From Psammoneis japonica (Eukaryota): a stretch of 64,000 bases of DNA. Position 1 is the first letter of the stretch; each line of letters begins with the position of its first letter. Made by a program: the position numbers and the translations under genes. The stretch spans positions 1 through 64,000 of the forward strand of contig QPGO01000183.1 in assembly GCA_008632985.1 (NCBI GenBank). Reading direction: 5' to 3'. The notes beneath the pieces were generated by a model that had not been told where the DNA came from, did no database searches, and saw only the letters and a list, made by a program, of their open reading frames with translations. Of the stretch, positions 62,181 through 64,000 are shown piece by piece.

Positions 62181-63192
62181 TTTAGCTGTGGTGTCCGTGC
62201 ATGCTCTCGGCCAACCCTTTTTTTCTCCATCTCCGAGCGCACTCCGCGCGACTCTCCCACCACCTATTTCCTACCGGTGTTTCTCCAGACCAATCCCCTC
62301 CAACACCATACCGGTACGGTAGACACCCGCCCAATCATTATTATTTAAAAACGGTTCCTCGAAATGGCTGTGATTTTCTCTTTTTTATTGTATCGACACA
62401 ATGGCAGAGATTTTCTCTTTTTATCGACACAACGAGACGACGAGAAAAGGGTCTTTGATGATGCGGTTAAGTTGCAATAGGTTATTGCGTCTCGCTCAAA
62501 GGCGACAACAACACTGTGGCGTATCTCATCGGTGTTCTCGCGTTGGAGAATCCACCACAGTCCTGAAGATGCGCTCGATCTAGATTCGGATGACGAAGAG
62601 CAATCAATGTCGCGTTTGTCATATTCAATATATCGGTACAGATAAGCTCACATTGCCGCCCGTTGTGGAGCTTTGAGAAATATTGAATCAAAATGGGGGT
62701 CATTGGTTTGGCGGTCTTTATACAATTCTCAAAGCTCGAAAACTCGTGAACTTGACACAGTGAAGCTTATTTTGATCATTCATTGTAGTGACTTCCAGTG
62801 AAAGCAAAGAGACAGTGTCCGTCTCTTCATCAACACCGGTTCAGTGTGTGTATGTGTACAATCAAGCAAATCGGCCGCCCTACTCCCAACGTGTCGGATG
62901 GGAAATGGATTGGAAACGCAGCGGAGTCCCGAAAGGGCGCTTGCCGAAAAAGCCTTTTTGAGTGCGCCTGCCTACGTCGATCCCGAAATACGCAGTTTTG
63001 GCTCAATTCTTTTGGCTTGGAGATGACCCCGAGGCGGTCGAAGTGGCTGAGTTTCGTGATGAAGTTTTGTTGGGAGCTGAATCGGCCGTCATGTACAAAC
63101 TAATAATTACCTTTCCCAAAGACGATCTCTGCTATGCTATGGTGGCCATTCGTGGTACCAGCTATGGGTGAGATAGATACTCGAATGGATGC

Positions 63193-63480
63193 CCAGAGTC
63201 TTTCAAGGTGTGTGCATATGTTGAGACTTTTTGTGTATGTATTGTATGTCTTGTGTAAGAGCTCGTTCTTCCGAGACTTCCTATATTTGCCCTATCCTAC
63301 TTTAAATATATCTGTTCAAGGGCGTGGAAGAAACAGAGATACTCTTGTAAAAGGAATGGGGAACCATTTGTTTACCGGGTCGGAACGTGTTGGAAGGGCA
63401 TGTATTGTATGTCTTGTGTAAGAGCTCGTTCTTCCGACACTTCCTATTTTCCCTATCCTTGATTAAATATCTGTTCAAGG
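63193..63480 (+). pseudogene. inverted duplicate fragment of the ALDH gene (end of exon 1, intron 1, exon 2) plus a second tandem copy of intron 1
   Basis: AAGGAATGGGGAACCATTTGTTTACCGGGTCGGAACGTGTTGGAAGGG and CTTGTGTAAGAGCTCGTTCTTC match the reverse complement of ~57180-57390. Confidence 0.85.
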
Positions 63481-64000
63481 TGTGGCCCTGAAAGTGGTGA
63501 AGAATAGAAATCCTTGACCACTCGGCAGATGCATCTTGAACGACCTTTACGCTCTTTCGGACTGACTATCGGTAACACCATTTTCCGCTCTTTTGGCCAC
63601 CCGCCGCATGCTACCACCGCCGGCACTGGTTTACTTGACAGTTTAGAATCCTGGTTAAGCGCGAAGAGACATTCACCGGCACTGGTGTACTTGATAGCTT
63701 CGAATCCTAGTTTTCAAAAGCGTAAAGAGAGATATTCTAATTCATAATTTTTTGTTTTGTTTTCATAATTTTGATCTGTAGGCCTAATACTCTACAGTGC
63801 ACTCTGTAAGCAATCCCTCTTGAGCCCCAGTAACCCATACCTCACACCCGCGATATTGAATCCAACAATCCGTGAGCTTCTACCTTGCACGCGAAAAGTC
63901 TGTCCAATGTTTGTTTCTCGTTTTCTCATTCTCAACATGACACGTGCTTACGGAAAGCAAGCTGGCATCTGAAATGACCATTATGTGCATACGACAATGC

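Noticed and set aside
61359..62263. Pro/Leu-rich and Gly/Arg-rich ORFs
   Set aside because: Products of a low-complexity pyrimidine-rich, TA-free tract.
62844..63171. Short ORFs that might form a frameshifted gene
   Set aside because: No recognisable domain or splice structure.

Overview
Eukaryotic DNA, most likely a diatom (theta-carbonic anhydrase/LCIB gene, CoDi-like copia element, RXL-motif secreted protein, short GT-AG introns). Bases 1 to ~42,350 are a repeat block: a 173-bp satellite with a Ty3/gypsy insertion, a Ty1/copia element, nested MITEs with 4-bp TSDs, a palindromic 26-bp minisatellite, segmental duplications and decayed gene relics. The rest holds four intact host genes (amino-acid transporter, large repetitive secreted protein, theta-CA/LCIB, ALDH3-type aldehyde dehydrogenase) with two further repeat-like islands. 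The main signal is that repeats, but not the intact genes, have almost lost the dinucleotide TpA, converted to TpG or CpA (A:T->G:C on either strand). Conserved retroelement Tyr codons have become Cys or His, and sister LTRs differ by TG<->CA doublets, sometimes with the ancestral TA kept in one copy. Surviving TA sites are biased to the YTAR context. This looks like a repeat-targeted, DNA-level adenine hypermutation process, RIP-like in targeting but opposite in chemistry. No enzyme for it is visible in the window, and I could not search the literature to confirm novelty. All counts are hand tallies.
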